Counted from the stretch's first letter, positions 1 to 14,290 are shown. The stretch: 64,000 bases of DNA from Pecten maximus (GCF_902652985.1 NC_047015.1:16368001-16432000), one strand, 5' to 3'. Numbers and translations are program-made. Notes: generated by a model from the letters alone, not told the origin.

Positions 1-1440
1 GATGTAGTGATGTACTGTGTTTATATATGTAGTAATGTACTGTGTTTATCTACGTAGTGATATACTGTGTTTATCTACGTAGTCATATACTGTGTTTATC
101 TATGTAGTGATATACTGTGTTTATCTACGTAGTGATATACTGTGTTTATCAATGTAATGATATACTGTGTTTATCTATGTAGTGATATACTGTGTTTATC
201 TATGTAGTAATATACTGTGTTTATCAATGAAGTGATATACTGTGTTTATCTATGTAGAGATACACTATGTTTATCAATGTAGTGATATACTGTGTTTATC
301 AATGTAGTGATATACTGTGTTTATATACGTAGTAATATACTGTGTTTATCTACGTAGTGATATACTGTGTTTATCTATGTAGTGATACACTGTTTATCTA
401 TGTAGTGATATACTGTGTTTATCTACATGTATGTAGTGATATACTGTGTTTATCTATGTAGTGATATACTGTGTTTATCTACATGTATGTAGTGATATAC
501 TGTGTTTATCAATATAGTGATATACTGTGTTTATCAATGTAGTGATATACTGTGTTTATCAATGTAGTGATATACTGTGTTTATCAATGTAGTGATATAC
601 TGTGTTTATCAATGTAGTGATATACTGTGTTTATCTATGTAGTGATATACTGTGTTTATGTAGTAATATACTGTGTTTATCAATGTAGTAATATACTGTG
701 TTTATCTATGTAGTGATATACTGTGTTTATCAATGTAGAGATATACTGTGTTTATCTATTTAGTAATATACTGTGTTTATCAATGTAGTGATATACTGTG
801 TTTATCAATGTAGTAATATACTGTGTTTATAAATGAAGTGATACACTGTTTATCTATGTAGTGATATACTGTGTTTATCTACATGTATGTAGTGATATAC
901 TGTGTTTATCAATGTAGTGATATACTGTGTTTATCTATGAAGTGATACACTGTTTATCTATGTAGTGATATACTGTGTTTATCTACATGTATGTAGTGAT
1001 ATACTGTGTTTATTAATGTAGTGATATACTGTGTTTATCTACATGTATGTAGTGATATACTGTGTTTATCTATGTTGTGATATACTGTGTTTATCTACAT
1101 GTATGTAGTGATATACTGTGTTTATCTATGTAGTGATATACTGTGTTTATCTACATGTATGTAGTGATATACTGTGTTTATCAATATAGTGATATACTGT
1201 GTTTATCAATGTAGTGATATACTGTGTTTATCAATGTAGTGATATACTGTGTTTATCAATGTAGAGATATACTGTGTTTATCTATTTAGTAATATACTGT
1301 GTTTATCAATGTAGTGATATACTGTGTTTATCAATGTAGTGATATACTGTGTTTATCAATGTAGTAATATACTGTGTTTATAAATGAAGTGATATACTGT
1401 GTTTATCAATGTTGTGATATGCTGTGTTGATCAATGTAGT
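1..1440. repeat. Tandem array, 25-bp unit (GTAGTGATATACTGTGTTTATCWAT), truncated by the window start
   Basis: Direct periodicity; some units carry a 6-bp CATGTA insertion or a 2-bp deletion. Confidence 0.95.
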
Positions 1441-1912
1441 GACATAATTCTGTCTATCATTTACATGCTACCTTGTGTGTTACTGGTTAAGGTGTAAACT
1501 TTACCATCACGTCAGATAGAGGAAAAGGAGATGAATATACTGTATGTTGATAGTATAGTACTAAAATAATAACAAGAACAGTCGAAAACATACAAAGAAC
1601 AAAACCTTTGGATTAGTTACTTTTTAATGTCCGATGTTGTTACAAAAATTAAAAAGAAATAGAAATAAATAGATGTGATAAACATGTTCTGAAGCCTCTC
1701 GAAATGTTACAGGCTTTTCGAGTTACTTCCCTTTAGCAGTACTCCTCTTGAGTAACTTGTCATATCGAAATTTAAAGGTTTCACTCTCGAAATACATATT
1801 ACATGTACGTTGTTTGCATCCTTTGGTCATATCAGGACAAAGTTAAAGACTTGATGCTACCTATTTGATTACTCCAGATCAATGTAGCGTAGTCACCTAT
1901 CAAGCTAAACTT

Positions 1913-2088
1913 CCGGTCCAATTACTGATAGCCGTAAGGATGTCAGACATCCGGTTTCCCCTTTTACTGATAGAGGTTAGGATGTCGCACATCCGGTTAC
2001 CCCTATTACTGATAGCCGTAAGGATGTCAGACATCCGGTTTTCTACTATTATTGATAGCGGTGATGATGTCGCACATCCGGTTACTGA
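1913..2088. repeat. About 4 copies of a ~42-bp unit spanning the stop codon and proximal 3'UTR of the death-domain gene
   Basis: CCGGT recurs at 1913, 1951, 1993, 2035 and 2078; units contain the inverted repeat GATGTCnnACATC and TTAYTGA. Confidence 0.8.
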
Positions 2089-2506
2089 CGGCCTGTCTTC
2101 ACTTTATGTGCCGCCCGGAGTTTATCATACCGTTCCACCTCTCTATAAAATGGCACGAGTTCCGGTGCCACTGATGGAGGAACATACGTCTCTTTCACCT
2201 CCTCCACTATCTTCGGAGGGTTCACTATCTTGTCTACTTCCAATAAAATGTCTAATCGTTTTATTCTCTTTAGGGTTTCCATGATGTCGTCTGTCTTTGC
2301 GCGGGTGTGATGGCGTCTCCATCGGTTCAGTGCGATCAGCGTGCGATTTTCGCGGGGACCACGAGCACTTTCTACACTGATAGCGCTGATGTCCTTCTCA
2401 ATCGTCTGTTTACCACGCTTAGGGAAAAACGGGAGTTCTCTATATAGATCCATCCACTCTAAGTCAAGGTAGTGGGACAGCGCCACACAAACTTTTGACA
2501 GCGTAT
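2082..2506 (-). CDS. Terminal exon of coiled-coil/death-domain protein; encodes the death domain
   Basis: Acceptor TTTCAG (AG at 2508-2507), phase 1, then DTLSKVCVALSHYLDLEWMDLYREL...IEKDISAI...LNRWRRHH..AKTDDIMETLKRIKRLDILLEV, which fits the death-domain pattern; stop TAA at 2084-2082. The start of the listed 188-aa ORF is intronic. Confidence 0.8.
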
Positions 2507-2638
2507 CTGAAATGCAGAGGATATAATGGTATATAATGATAAAAGCAGAGCTAGACATTATATATGGTACTTGTCGTTTGTAAATCTGTGTGGAATTTGT
2601 ATTTTGGGAGTCTTCATGTATTGCGTTGTCCGTAAAGA

Positions 2639-4759
2639 GATAATTCATCCTACATGTGTCGGGGATATGTCCGTATAGAGATAATTCATCCTACATGTGT
2701 CGGGGATATGTCCGTATAGAGATCATTCATCCTACATATGTCGGGGATATGTCCGTATAGAGATAATTCATCCTACATGTGTCGGGGATATGTCCGTATA
2801 GAGATAATTCATCCTTCATGTGTCGGGGATATGTCCGTATAGAAATAATTCATCCTACATGTGTCGGGGATATGTCCGTATAGAGATAATTCATCCTACA
2901 TGTGTCGGGGATATGTCCGTACAGAGATAATTCATCCTACATGTGTCGGGGATATGTCCGTATAGAAATAATTCATCCTTCATGTGTCGGGGATATGTCC
3001 GTATAGAAATAATTCATCCTTCATGTGTCGGTGATATGTCCGTATAGAAATAATTCATCCTACATGTGTCGGGGATATGTCCGTATAGAGATAATTCATC
3101 CTACATGTGTCGGGGATATGTCCGTATAGAAATAATTCATCCTTCATGTGTCGGTGATATGTCCGTATAGAAATAATTCATCCTTCATGTGTCGGGGATA
3201 TGTCCGTATAGAGATAATTCATCCTTCATGTGTCGGGGATATGTCCGTATAGAAATAATTCATCCTACATGTGTCGGGGATATGTCCGTATAGAAATAAT
3301 TCATCCTTCATGTGTCGGGGACATGTCCGTATAGAAACGAGTCATCCTACATGTGTCGGGGGTATGTCCGTATAGAAATAATTCATCCTTCATGAGTCGG
3401 GGATAAGTCCGTATAGAAATAATTCATCCTACATGTGTCGGGGATATATCCGTATATAAATAATTCATCCTTCATGTGTCGGGGATATGTCCGTATAGAA
3501 ATAATTCATCCTTCATGTGTCGGGGATATGTCCGTATAGAAATAATTCATCCTACATGTGTCGGGGATATGTCCGTATAGAGATAATTCATCCTACATGT
3601 GTCGGGGATATGTCCGTATAGAAATAATTCATCCTTCATGTGTCGGGGATATGTCCGTATAGAAATAATTCATCCTAGATGTGTCGGGGATATGTCCGTA
3701 TAGAGATAATTCATCCTTCATGTGTCGGGGATATGTCCGTATAGAAATAATTCATCCTACATGTGTCGGAGATATGTCCGTATATAGATCATTCATCCTA
3801 CATGTGTCGGGGATATGTCCGTATAGAAATAATTCAATCCTTCAATGTGGTCGGGGGATATGTCCGTATAGAGGATAATTCATCCTACATGTGTCTGGGG
3901 ATATGTCCGTATAGAAGATATTCATCCTCATGTGTCGGGGACATGTCTGTATAGAAATAATTCATCCTACATGTGTCGGGGACATGTCCGTATAGAAATT
4001 ATTCATCCTACATGTGTCGGGGATATGTCCGTATAGAAATAATTCATCCTACATGTGTCGGGGATATGTCCGTATAGAAATAATTCATTTAACATGTGTC
4101 GGGGATATGTCCGTATATAAATAATTCATCCTTCATGTGTCGGGGATATGTCCGTATATAGATAATTCATCCTACATGTGTCGGGGATATGTCCGTATAG
4201 AAATAATTCATCCTTCATGTGTCGGGGATATGTCCGTATAGAGATAATTCATCCTACATGTGTCGGGGATATGTCCGTATAGAAATAATTCATTTAACAT
4301 GTGTCGGGGATATGTCCGTATAGAGATAATTCATCCTTCATGTACCGGGGATGTGTCCGTATAGAGATAATTCATCCTAAATGTGTCGGGGATATGTCCG
4401 TATAGAAATAATTCATCCTACATGTGTCGGGGATATGTCCGTATAGAGATAATTTATCCTTCATGTGTCGGGGATATGTCCGTATAGAGATAATTCATCA
4501 TTCATGTGTTGGGGATATGTCCGTATAGAGATAATTCATCATTCATGTGTCGGGGATATGTCCGTATAGAGATAATTCATCCTTCACGTGTCGGGGATAT
4601 GTCCGTATAGAGATAATTCATCCTACATGTGTCGGGGATATGTCCGTATAGAAATAATTCATCCTTCATGTGTCGGGGATATGTCCGTATAGAGATAATT
4701 CATCCTTCATGTGTCGGGGATATGTCCGTATAGAGATAATTCATCATTCATGTGTCGGA
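2639..4759. repeat. Intronic tandem array, 41-bp unit (ATAATTCATCCTWCATGTGTCGGGGATATGTCCGTATAGAR), ~51 copies
   Basis: Direct periodicity. Confidence 0.95.
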
Positions 4760-5026
4760 GGTTAACAATATACCTTGCATCACTTTATGATCAGCTAGAA
4801 TCCCCCGAGTGACTTTTTGCTTACCCCGAATGAATTCATTTTAATGAAAGGTAACGTTAGTATCCAGATATCAACGGAGAAAAAACTGGCGGCAAGTAAG
4901 GAAGGAGTCGGATTTCAAAATCATAGACAGACCATTTTGACAAATAAAATCTTGACACACATATTGAACCTCACTAAGCATTGCTTGCTGAATATAGAAG
5001 AGAGTGATAAGGACTAGCTAACTTAC

Positions 5027-6446
5027 CTTCGCTCGGTGTAAGAGACTGCAGAGACTGGGCTCGGTGTCGGTGTCCTATTGGGAGACAGAAATAGATCTTC
5101 TCAGCCACGTCCGTACTGGTTTTGTATCTGTGTATTCGTCTGGCCAATTCAAGTGCCTTTATAAGCCTTTCAACATCATCCTCGCGTTGTTGTCTCCCTT
5201 GATCCACGTCGTTGGCATCCCGCCTTAGCTGTTGCAGCTCTTTTTCAATTTTTGCCAAACATACCTTTTTTTCAGCCATCCACTCTAGTTTAAACTGGGC
5301 TGCAGTTAACTGACGCCTCACTAACGGCAATCTGTCTTTGACGAAGCGAATTTCATCGGTCAACGTATCGAACGTCTCGTTGAAGTTTTCTGGTGAAAAA
5401 TCTGCACTGTTCTTTTTGAGTTCATCTCTTCGGAATATCTTGAATTCTACTTCCGATTGTAACTCTGCGTTAATGTTGATAAGGTAATCGGCCTCTATTC
5501 GGAGTGCCTCTTCCTTTTCTTTCATGTTTTCCACCTCGGTGGCCGCCTTTTCCCACTCAAGTTCCGTTTGATTTAGTTTATATGTGACTGCGTGATACCG
5601 TTGTTTACTCTCGCGCATAAGCTTGACCTTATCCTCCTTGTGCTTCTCCATATCGTCGATATCATTGCGTAGGAACACAGGGTAGTTCTCGTCCGCCTGA
5701 AGCCACGTTTTCAGCACGGTCATTACAGCACGTATGTTTGTACATGCGTCCGCGAAAATTAAGATAAACGGGACATTCTCACACTCGTTCCTTTTACAGA
5801 ATGTCGCAACTGGAGGAGTGAACATACTGAAGTGTATCATGCCGTTTTTAAAGTCCTTCTGAAGTTTATGAACCCTTTCCAGACTCCCGCGGATACTCTT
5901 CTGCCAGGTTCGTAACTGTTCTTCGTAGTGTGAGGCCGTCTCCAGATAGACATCCGAGTCTGTATCGTAGAAACTTACGAAATATTTCTCCAGCACAACT
6001 AGAATCCTGTTACAGAAGTCGATGATTTCGTTGAATTTGTCAGGAACATACGTCAGCACTTTGGCGTATGCTTCCTTTAACAGTGTTATATTGTTTGGAT
6101 CACCTTTGTACCGTTTGGGGTCACTTCCGGATTTTATGGCATTTTCAATCGCTGATACGGAAGACATATCAAAAATAGTGAGCATGCGCATTACTCCTTT
6201 TATTGGCATGACGTATTTGTCAACTTCATGTTGCACGCTCTTTCCAACGCCGTAGTAAGACCGCTCAAGTCGCGAAAGTTTCTTTCCGACGCTTGTCAGT
6301 TCAGTAGTGATGATATTCCTCAAGTCTCGTAGACTTCTTGGAGGGCTTGCTTCTAGGCGCTTTAGCCCTCGCAGCTTCTTATGGATTGGAGGCATGTCTT
6401 CCAAGGCGGGCAGTGCAAACGCCGCCTTGGTCACTAACGTGGGCAT
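5027..6446 (-). CDS. Large exon of coiled-coil/death-domain protein (helical N-terminal part plus long E/K/L-rich coiled coil); spliced product ~614 aa from ATG 6446
   Basis: 490-aa natural-looking ORF; donor GAAG|GTAAGT at 5027/5026 in phase 1 matches the acceptor at 2506 (…PSE-D-TLS…). An upstream acceptor TTGTAG at 6475-6474 suggests the exon starts at 6473. Confidence 0.88.
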
Positions 6447-7262
6447 GCGCAGGTCCAGCAGCGGGCGACGAAGCTACAACAGAGTGACATACAATTAGGC
6501 ATAAGAAACTGATGTTATGTCGATGTCATTTTCATATTATTCATGGCAATTTCAACGGAACAATGGTTAACTCGTTTGTACCCGAATAACTTAAGCTATA
6601 TCAACAAAATAGCATAGAACCACACGGAAAATGTGTATATGAAAACTGACAATATCATAAGTTCATCTCTAACAAAATCCATACCGTTGTTGCTCACACA
6701 AATGGCACGACTTGTACTGGTGCTCTCTAACAAGTGTGAAATCAACTTTCCTTTAACATGTTTAATGCTGTAAACTTTGTTCTTATCATTTTTAGAATTT
6801 TGATCCCCAAAAAATTATAATATACGTTCTAGGTGGCGTTTTGTTGTAATTTAAGCCCTAACCAGGATAGATACGCCCGAATTGATCCTTATTGATCGAT
6901 CAGAAAAGCCATGCTTGTATGGTCACACGTTATCAATAACTATATTGATTAGGCTTAAAAATTAAACTGTCGCCTATCGCTGTTATCTATACGTGTGACG
7001 TCTGTATCGACAGTTGGCCCAATATTTGTTTAGGAGACTATTAGGCCGGTGATAAGGATACGATATATCGTCTCTCCTTCTTCAATAGAATAAACTTCAG
7101 ACCATATTAAGGTCATCTACCAAACGCGAATTGTATCTACAACACTGAAACTGATACAGCCGATTTGTCAAAATGTCTACTGTTAAAAGTGAATGCGTCA
7201 CCGCACAGTGATCTAAAAGTATCATCACATCTCATGACGTAGGCCATCCTACTTGTGGTAAG

Positions 7263-10200
7263 CATGTATGTACCAAACTCCCAATAGGTACAAAGTCGTA
7301 TCTCGTTAGTTATGTATGTACCACAGTTACCAATAGGGACAAAGTCATATCTCCCGATTATATTACGTTAGTTATGTATGTACCACAGTTACCAATAGGT
7401 ACAAAATCATATCTCCCTATTATATTACGTTAGTTATGTATGTACCATAGTTACCAATAGGTACAAAGTCATATCTCCCTATTATATTACGTTAGTTATG
7501 TATGTACCATAGTTACCAATAGGTACAAAGTCATATCTCCCTATTATATTACGTTAGTTATGTATGTACCATACTCCCAATAGGTACAAAGTCATATCTC
7601 GTTAGTTATGTATGTACCACAGTTACCAATAGGTACAAAGTCATATCTCGTTAGTTATGTATGTACCACAGTTACCAATAGGTACAAAGTCATATCTCCC
7701 TATTATATTACGTTAGTTATGTATGTACCATAGTTACCAATAGGTACAAAGTCATATCTCCCTATTATATTACGTTAGTTATGTATGTACCAAACTCCCA
7801 ATAGGTACAAAGTCGTATCTCGTTAGTTATGTATGTACCAAACTCCCAATAGGTACAAAGTCATATCTCCCTATTATATTACGTTAGTTATGTATGTACC
7901 ACAGTTACCAATAGGTACAAAATCATATCTCCCTATTATATTACGTTAGTTATGTATGTACCATAGTTACCAATAGGTACAAAGTCATATCTCCCTATTA
8001 TATTACGTTAGTTATGTATGTACCATAGTTACCAATAGGTACAAAGTCATATCTCCCTATTATATTACGTTAGTTATGTATGTACCATACTCCCAATAGG
8101 TACAAAGTCATATCTCGTTAGTTATGTATGTACCACAGTTACCAATAGGTACAAAGTCATATCTCGTTAGTTATGTATGTACCACAGTTACCAATAGGTA
8201 CAAAGTCATATCTCCCTATTATATTACGTTAGTTATGTATGTACCATAGTTACCAATAGGTACAAAGTCGTATCTCCCTATTATATATCGTTAGTTATGT
8301 ATGTACCATAGTTACCAATAGGTACAAAGTCATATCTCGTTAGTTATGTATGTACCACAGTTACCAATAGGTACAAAGTCATATCTCCCTATTATATTAC
8401 GTTAGTTATGTATGTACCATAGTTACCAATAGGTACAAAGTCATATCTCCCTATTATATTACGTTAGTTATGTATGTACCACAGCTACCAATAGGTACAA
8501 AGTCATATCTCGTTAGTTATGTATGTACCACAGTTACCAATAGGTACAAAGTCATATCTCCCTATTATATTACGTTAGTTATGTATGTACCATAGTTACC
8601 AATAGGTACAAAGTCATATCTCCCCATTATATTACGTTAGTTATGTATGTACCATAGTTACCAATAGGTACAAAGTCATATCTCCCTATTATATTACGTT
8701 AGTTATGTATGTACCATAGTTACCAATAGGTACAAAGTCATCTCTCCCTATTATATTACGTTAGTTTGTATGTACCATAGTTACCAATAGGTACAAAGTC
8801 ATATCTCCCCATTATATTACGTTAGTTATGTATGTACCATAGTTACCAATAGGTACAAAGTCATATCTCCCTATTATATTACGTTAGTTATGTATGTACC
8901 ATAGTTACCAATAGGTACAAAGTCATATCTCCCTATTATATTACGTTAGTTATGTATGTACCATAGTTACCAATAGGTACAAAGTCATATCTCCCTATTA
9001 TATTACGTTAGTTATGTATGTACCATAGTTACCAATAGGTACAAAGTCATCTCTCCCTATCATATTACGTTAGTTTGTATGTACCATAGTTACCAATAGG
9101 TACAAAGTCATATCTCCCCATTATATTACGTTAGTTATGTATGTACCATAGTTACCAATAGGTACAAAGTCATATCTCCCTATTATATTACGTTAGTTAT
9201 GTATGTACCATAGTTACCAATAGGTACAAAGTCATATCTCCCTATTATATTACGTTAGTTATGTATGTACCATAGTTACCAATAGGTACAAAGTCATATC
9301 TCCCTATTATATTACGTTAGTTATGTATGTACCACAGCTACCAATAGGTACAAAGTCATATCTCGTTAGTTATGTATGTACCACAGTTACCAATAGGTAC
9401 AAAGTCATATCTCCCTATTATATTACGTTAGTTATGTATGTACCATAGTTACCAATAGGTACAAAGTCATATCTCCCTATTATATTACGTTAGTTGTGTA
9501 TGTACCATAGTTACCAATAGGTACAAAGTCATATCTCCCTATTATATTACGTTAGTTATGTATGTACCATAGTTACCAATAGGTACAAAGTCATATCTCC
9601 CTATTATATTACGTTAGTTATGTATGTACCATAGTTACCAATAGGTACAAAGTCATATCTCCCTATTATATTACGTTAGTTATGTATGTACCATAGTTAC
9701 CAATAGGTACAAAGTCATATCTCCCTATTATATTACGTTAGTTATGTATGTACCATAGTTACCAATAGGTACAAAGTCATATCTCCCTGTTATATTACGT
9801 TAGTTATGTATGTACCATAGTTACCAATAGGTACAAAGTCATATCTCCCCATTATATTACGTTAGTTATGTATGTACCACAGTTACCAATAGGTACAAAG
9901 TCATATCTCCCTATTATATTACGTTAGTTATGTATGTACCACAGTTACCAATAGGTACAAAGTCATATCTCCCTATTATATTACGTTAGTTATGTATGTA
10001 CCATAGTTACCAATAGATACAAAGTCATATCTCCCTATTATATTACGTTCGTTATGTATGTACCATAGTAACCAAAAGGTACAAAGTCATATCTACCTAT
10101 TATATTACGTTAGTTATGCATGTACCACAGTTACCAATAGGTACAAAGTCATATCTCGTTAGTTATGTATGTACCACAGTTACCAATAGGTACAAAGTCA

Positions 10201-11030
10201 TATCTCCCTATTATATTACGTTAGTTATGTATGTACCATAGTTACCAATAGGTACAAAGTCATATCTCCCTATTATATTACGTTAGTTATGTATGTACCA
10301 TAGTTACCAATAGGTACAAAGTCATATCTCCCTATTATATTACGTTAGTTATGTATGTACCATAGTTACCAATAGGTACAAAGTCATATCTCCCTGTTAT
10401 ATTACGTTAGTTATGTATGTACCATAGTTACCAATAGGTACAAAGTCATATCTCCCCATTATATTACGTTAGTTATGTATGTACCACAGTTACCAATAGG
10501 TACAAAGTCATATCTCCCTATTATATTACGTTAGTTATGTATGTACCATAGTTACCAATAGGTACAAAGTCATATCTCCCTATTATATTACGTTAGTTAT
10601 GTATGTACCATAGTTACCAATAGATACAAAGTCATATCTCCCTATTATATTACGTTCGTTATGTATGTACCATAGTAACCAAAAGGTACAAAGTCATATC
10701 TACCTATTATATTACGTTAGTTATGTATGTACCACAGTTACCAATAGGTACAAAGTCATATCTCGTTAGTTATGTATGTACCACAGTTACCAATAGGTAC
10801 AAAGTCATATCTCCCTATTATATTACGTTCGTTATGTATGTACCATAGTTACCAAAAGGTACAAAGTCATATCTCCCTATTATATTACGTTAGTTATGTA
10901 TGTACCACAGTTACCAATAGGTACAAAGTCATATCTCGTTAGTTATGTATGTACCACAGTTACCAATAGGTACAAAGTCATATCTCCCTATTATATTACG
11001 TTAGTTATGTATGTACCACGGTTACCAATA
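7263..11030. repeat. Tandem array, 62-bp unit with an interspersed 49-bp deletion variant
   Basis: TATGTATGTACCATAGTTACCAATAGGTACAAAGTCATATCTC[CCTATTATATTAC]GTTAGT. Confidence 0.95.
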
Positions 11031-11527
11031 GTAATGACATACGCATCAATTATATCGGCTACCACAGAGATGACAGGTACACACAGAGACTAATTTCCCT
11101 TGACACCAGTAAATCTACCCAACCATGTCGACATCTTATTAAAATTACATTTGTTGTGCTTTAGATGTGTGTACATGGATATAGTTGCTATTTTGAAGAT
11201 CAAAATTCAAAAGTACTTTCCAGTTTACAAAAAAAGTGTATTAAACGACTATCAAGAATGAGCATTACAGGTTTTTGTCAAGACCGTACTGTTAATTTAG
11301 GACATCTCACTCCGGACGGTTGTTACCAAAGTTACATTTCCCACGCGCGTTCAGATTAAATATCCCGGTTTTGTCTATTAACGTTCGTCATTTTAATTTC
11401 CATGAATACTGCAAATAAGGATACCACAAGGGAAACGTGACCACTCGACACTGGGAACATTTCACCTTATAACTCTTCAACAGATGACGGAAAGTTATTT
11501 TCATTTCAATCGATACGACCTATTACG

Positions 11528-12000
11528 ATATTACAGACATAACCTGGTATTACACATATTATAGGTATTACACATATTATATATATTACACATATTACAC
11601 ATATTATAGATGTTATAGATATCACATATATTACAGGTATTATATATATTACATGTATTACACATATTATAGGTATTACGCATATTACAGATATTACAGA
11701 TATTACAGGAATTACAGGTATTACAGGTATTACAGACATTACAGGTATTACACATATTACAGGTATTACAGGTATTACAGGTATTACAGACATTACAGGT
11801 ATTACAGGAATTACAGGAATTACAGGTATTACAGGTATTACAGACATTACAGGTATTACAGGTATTACAGGTATTACACATATTACAGATATTACAGATA
11901 TTACAGGTATAACAGGTATTACAGGTATTACAGATATTACAGGTATTACAGGTATTAGAGGCATTACAGGTATTACAGGTATTACAGGTATTACACATAT
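11528..12000. repeat. 9-bp minisatellite (TATTACAGG and variants)
   Basis: Direct periodicity; produces spurious PVI/CNT/YYR ORFs. Confidence 0.92.
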
Positions 12001-12865
12001 GACAGGTATGAAAAGTATTACAGTTTTACAGCTGCTTCCCTGACTTGTATTCAAGGCGCAAAATGCATTACTTATTTCGTTGACTACATGTAATGGGCAT
12101 GGATTTGTAAAAAGACCAAACTCGAGAGGAAAAATATATTGATACTTATCCAACCAAATGCAACCAACTCTCAAAAAAAACTAAGCAATGTAACGAAATG
12201 CACGTCAAAAGAACATACACTAGTGACACTAATTCTGCAGACTTAGAGACAATTTATGTGTCAGATAATAATCTTTTCGCAAGTGTCTATCATCTACAGA
12301 TGTTTCCATCCAATTACACGAAAGTGACATATATTTTACAATTTACACGTACAATCTTGTAACACCTGAACTCTAGCTCGTCGATTCTTACCTGTTCGTA
12401 CCTTTGATGTGTCGGGTAGGTTTGATTACAGGTTGACTATCGTACCATACTTAACCTAGGGGCCACTGTAAGCTATCTACTCTCTTTTGTCTAGGTTTCA
12501 ATACAAGTCTCAGTCTTAACTGTCGAAGTTTGTTATTTATTTCAAAAGGAAAAGTAAAAACATTCAGCTCATTGGTGATTAAAATGGAGAGCCCTTTCAG
12601 GTAGAGTATATACGAAACTAACTACTGGTATCTCGTTTAACAAGCTAGCAACACAAACAAAGGCCGCACCAGGTACACTAACCATTACGATTAAGTGCTT
12701 TTCACACATAAACATAACAAAACTTCACAAAAATCCATTTTAATGTTTAAAAGTTCATTCTCGATTTACGGGATTGATAAATTGTTACATACCTAATGAG
12801 ACCGTGATCGAGACAGACAGTGAGAGAGAGATTGAGAGATAGTGAGAGAGAGATTGAGAGATACA

Positions 12866-14290
12866 ATCATAGCCCTGTGTGAGACAGTACATGATACATA
12901 CAATACAGCCCTGTATGAGACAGTACAGGATACATACAATACAGCCCTGTGTGAAACAGTACAGGATACATACAATACAGCCATGTGTGAGACAGTACAG
13001 GATACATACAATACAGTCCTGTGTGAGACAGTACAGGATACATACAATACAGCCCTGTGTGAGACAGTACAGGATACATACAATACAGCCCTGTGTGAGA
13101 CAATACAGGATACATACAATACAGTCCTGTGTGAGACAGTTCAGGATACATACAATACAGCCCTGTGTGAGACAGTACAGGATATATACAATACAGCCCT
13201 GTGTGAGACAGTACAGGATACATACAATACAGCCCTGTGTGAGACAGTACAGGATACATACAATACAGCCCTGTGTGAGACAGTACAGGATACATACAAT
13301 ACAGCCCTGTGTGAGACAGTAAAGGATACATACAATACAGCCCTGTGTGAGACAGTACAGGATACATACAATACAGTCCTGTGTGAGACAGTACAGGATA
13401 CATACAATACAGCCCTGTGTGAGACAGTACAGGATACATACAATACAGCCCTGTGTGAGACAGTACAGGATACATACAATACAGCCCTGTGTGAGACAAT
13501 ACAGGATACATACAATACAGCCCTGTGTGAGACAGTACTGGATACATACAATACAGCCCTGTGTGAGACAGTACAGGATACATACAATACAGCCCTGTGT
13601 GAGACAGTACAGGATACATACAATACAGCCCTGTGTGAGACAGTACAGGATACATACAATACAGTCCTGTGTGAGACAGTATAGGATACATACAATACAG
13701 CCCTGTGTGAGACAGTACAGGATACATACAATACAGCCCTGTGTGAGACAGTACAGGTTACATACAATACAGCCCTGTGTGAGACAGTACAGGATACATA
13801 CAATACAGCCCTGTGTGAGACAGTACAGGATACATACAATACAGCCCTGTGTGAGACAGTACAGGATACATACAATACAGCCCTGTGTGAGACAGTACAG
13901 GATACATACAATACAGCCCTGTGTGAGACAGTACAGGATACATACAATACAGCCCTGTGTGAGACAGTACAGGATACATACAATACAGTCCTGTGTGAGA
14001 CAGTATAGGATACATACAATACAGCCCTGTGTGAGACAGTACAGGATACATACAATACAGCCCTGTGTGAGACAGTACAGGATACATACAATACAGCCCT
14101 GTGTGAGACAGTACAGGATACATACAATACAGCCCTGTTTGAGACAGTATAGGATACATACAATACAGCCCTGTGTGAGACAGTACAGGATACATACAAT
14201 ACAGCCCTGTGTGAGACAGTACAGGATACATACAATACAGTCCTGTGTGAGACAGTATAGGATACATACAAGTACAGCCCTATATCAGAC
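12866..14290. repeat. Tandem array, 36-bp unit (CAATACAGCCCTGTGTGAGACAGTACAGGATACATA), ~39 copies
   Basis: Direct periodicity; preceded by a short GA-rich tract. Confidence 0.95.

Noticed and set aside
1865-2284. 139-aa plus-strand ORF
   Set aside because: It is the antisense shadow of the death-domain exon plus the 42-bp repeat
11506-12174. Cys-rich (CNT)n metallothionein- or antifreeze-like ORF and (PVI)n ORF
   Set aside because: These are translations of a 9-bp minisatellite
12392-12476. Upstream coding exon of the death-domain gene (donor CAG|GTAAGA at 12391)
   Set aside because: The phase-0 frame has an in-frame TAG; it could be a 5'UTR exon but cannot be supported without transcripts
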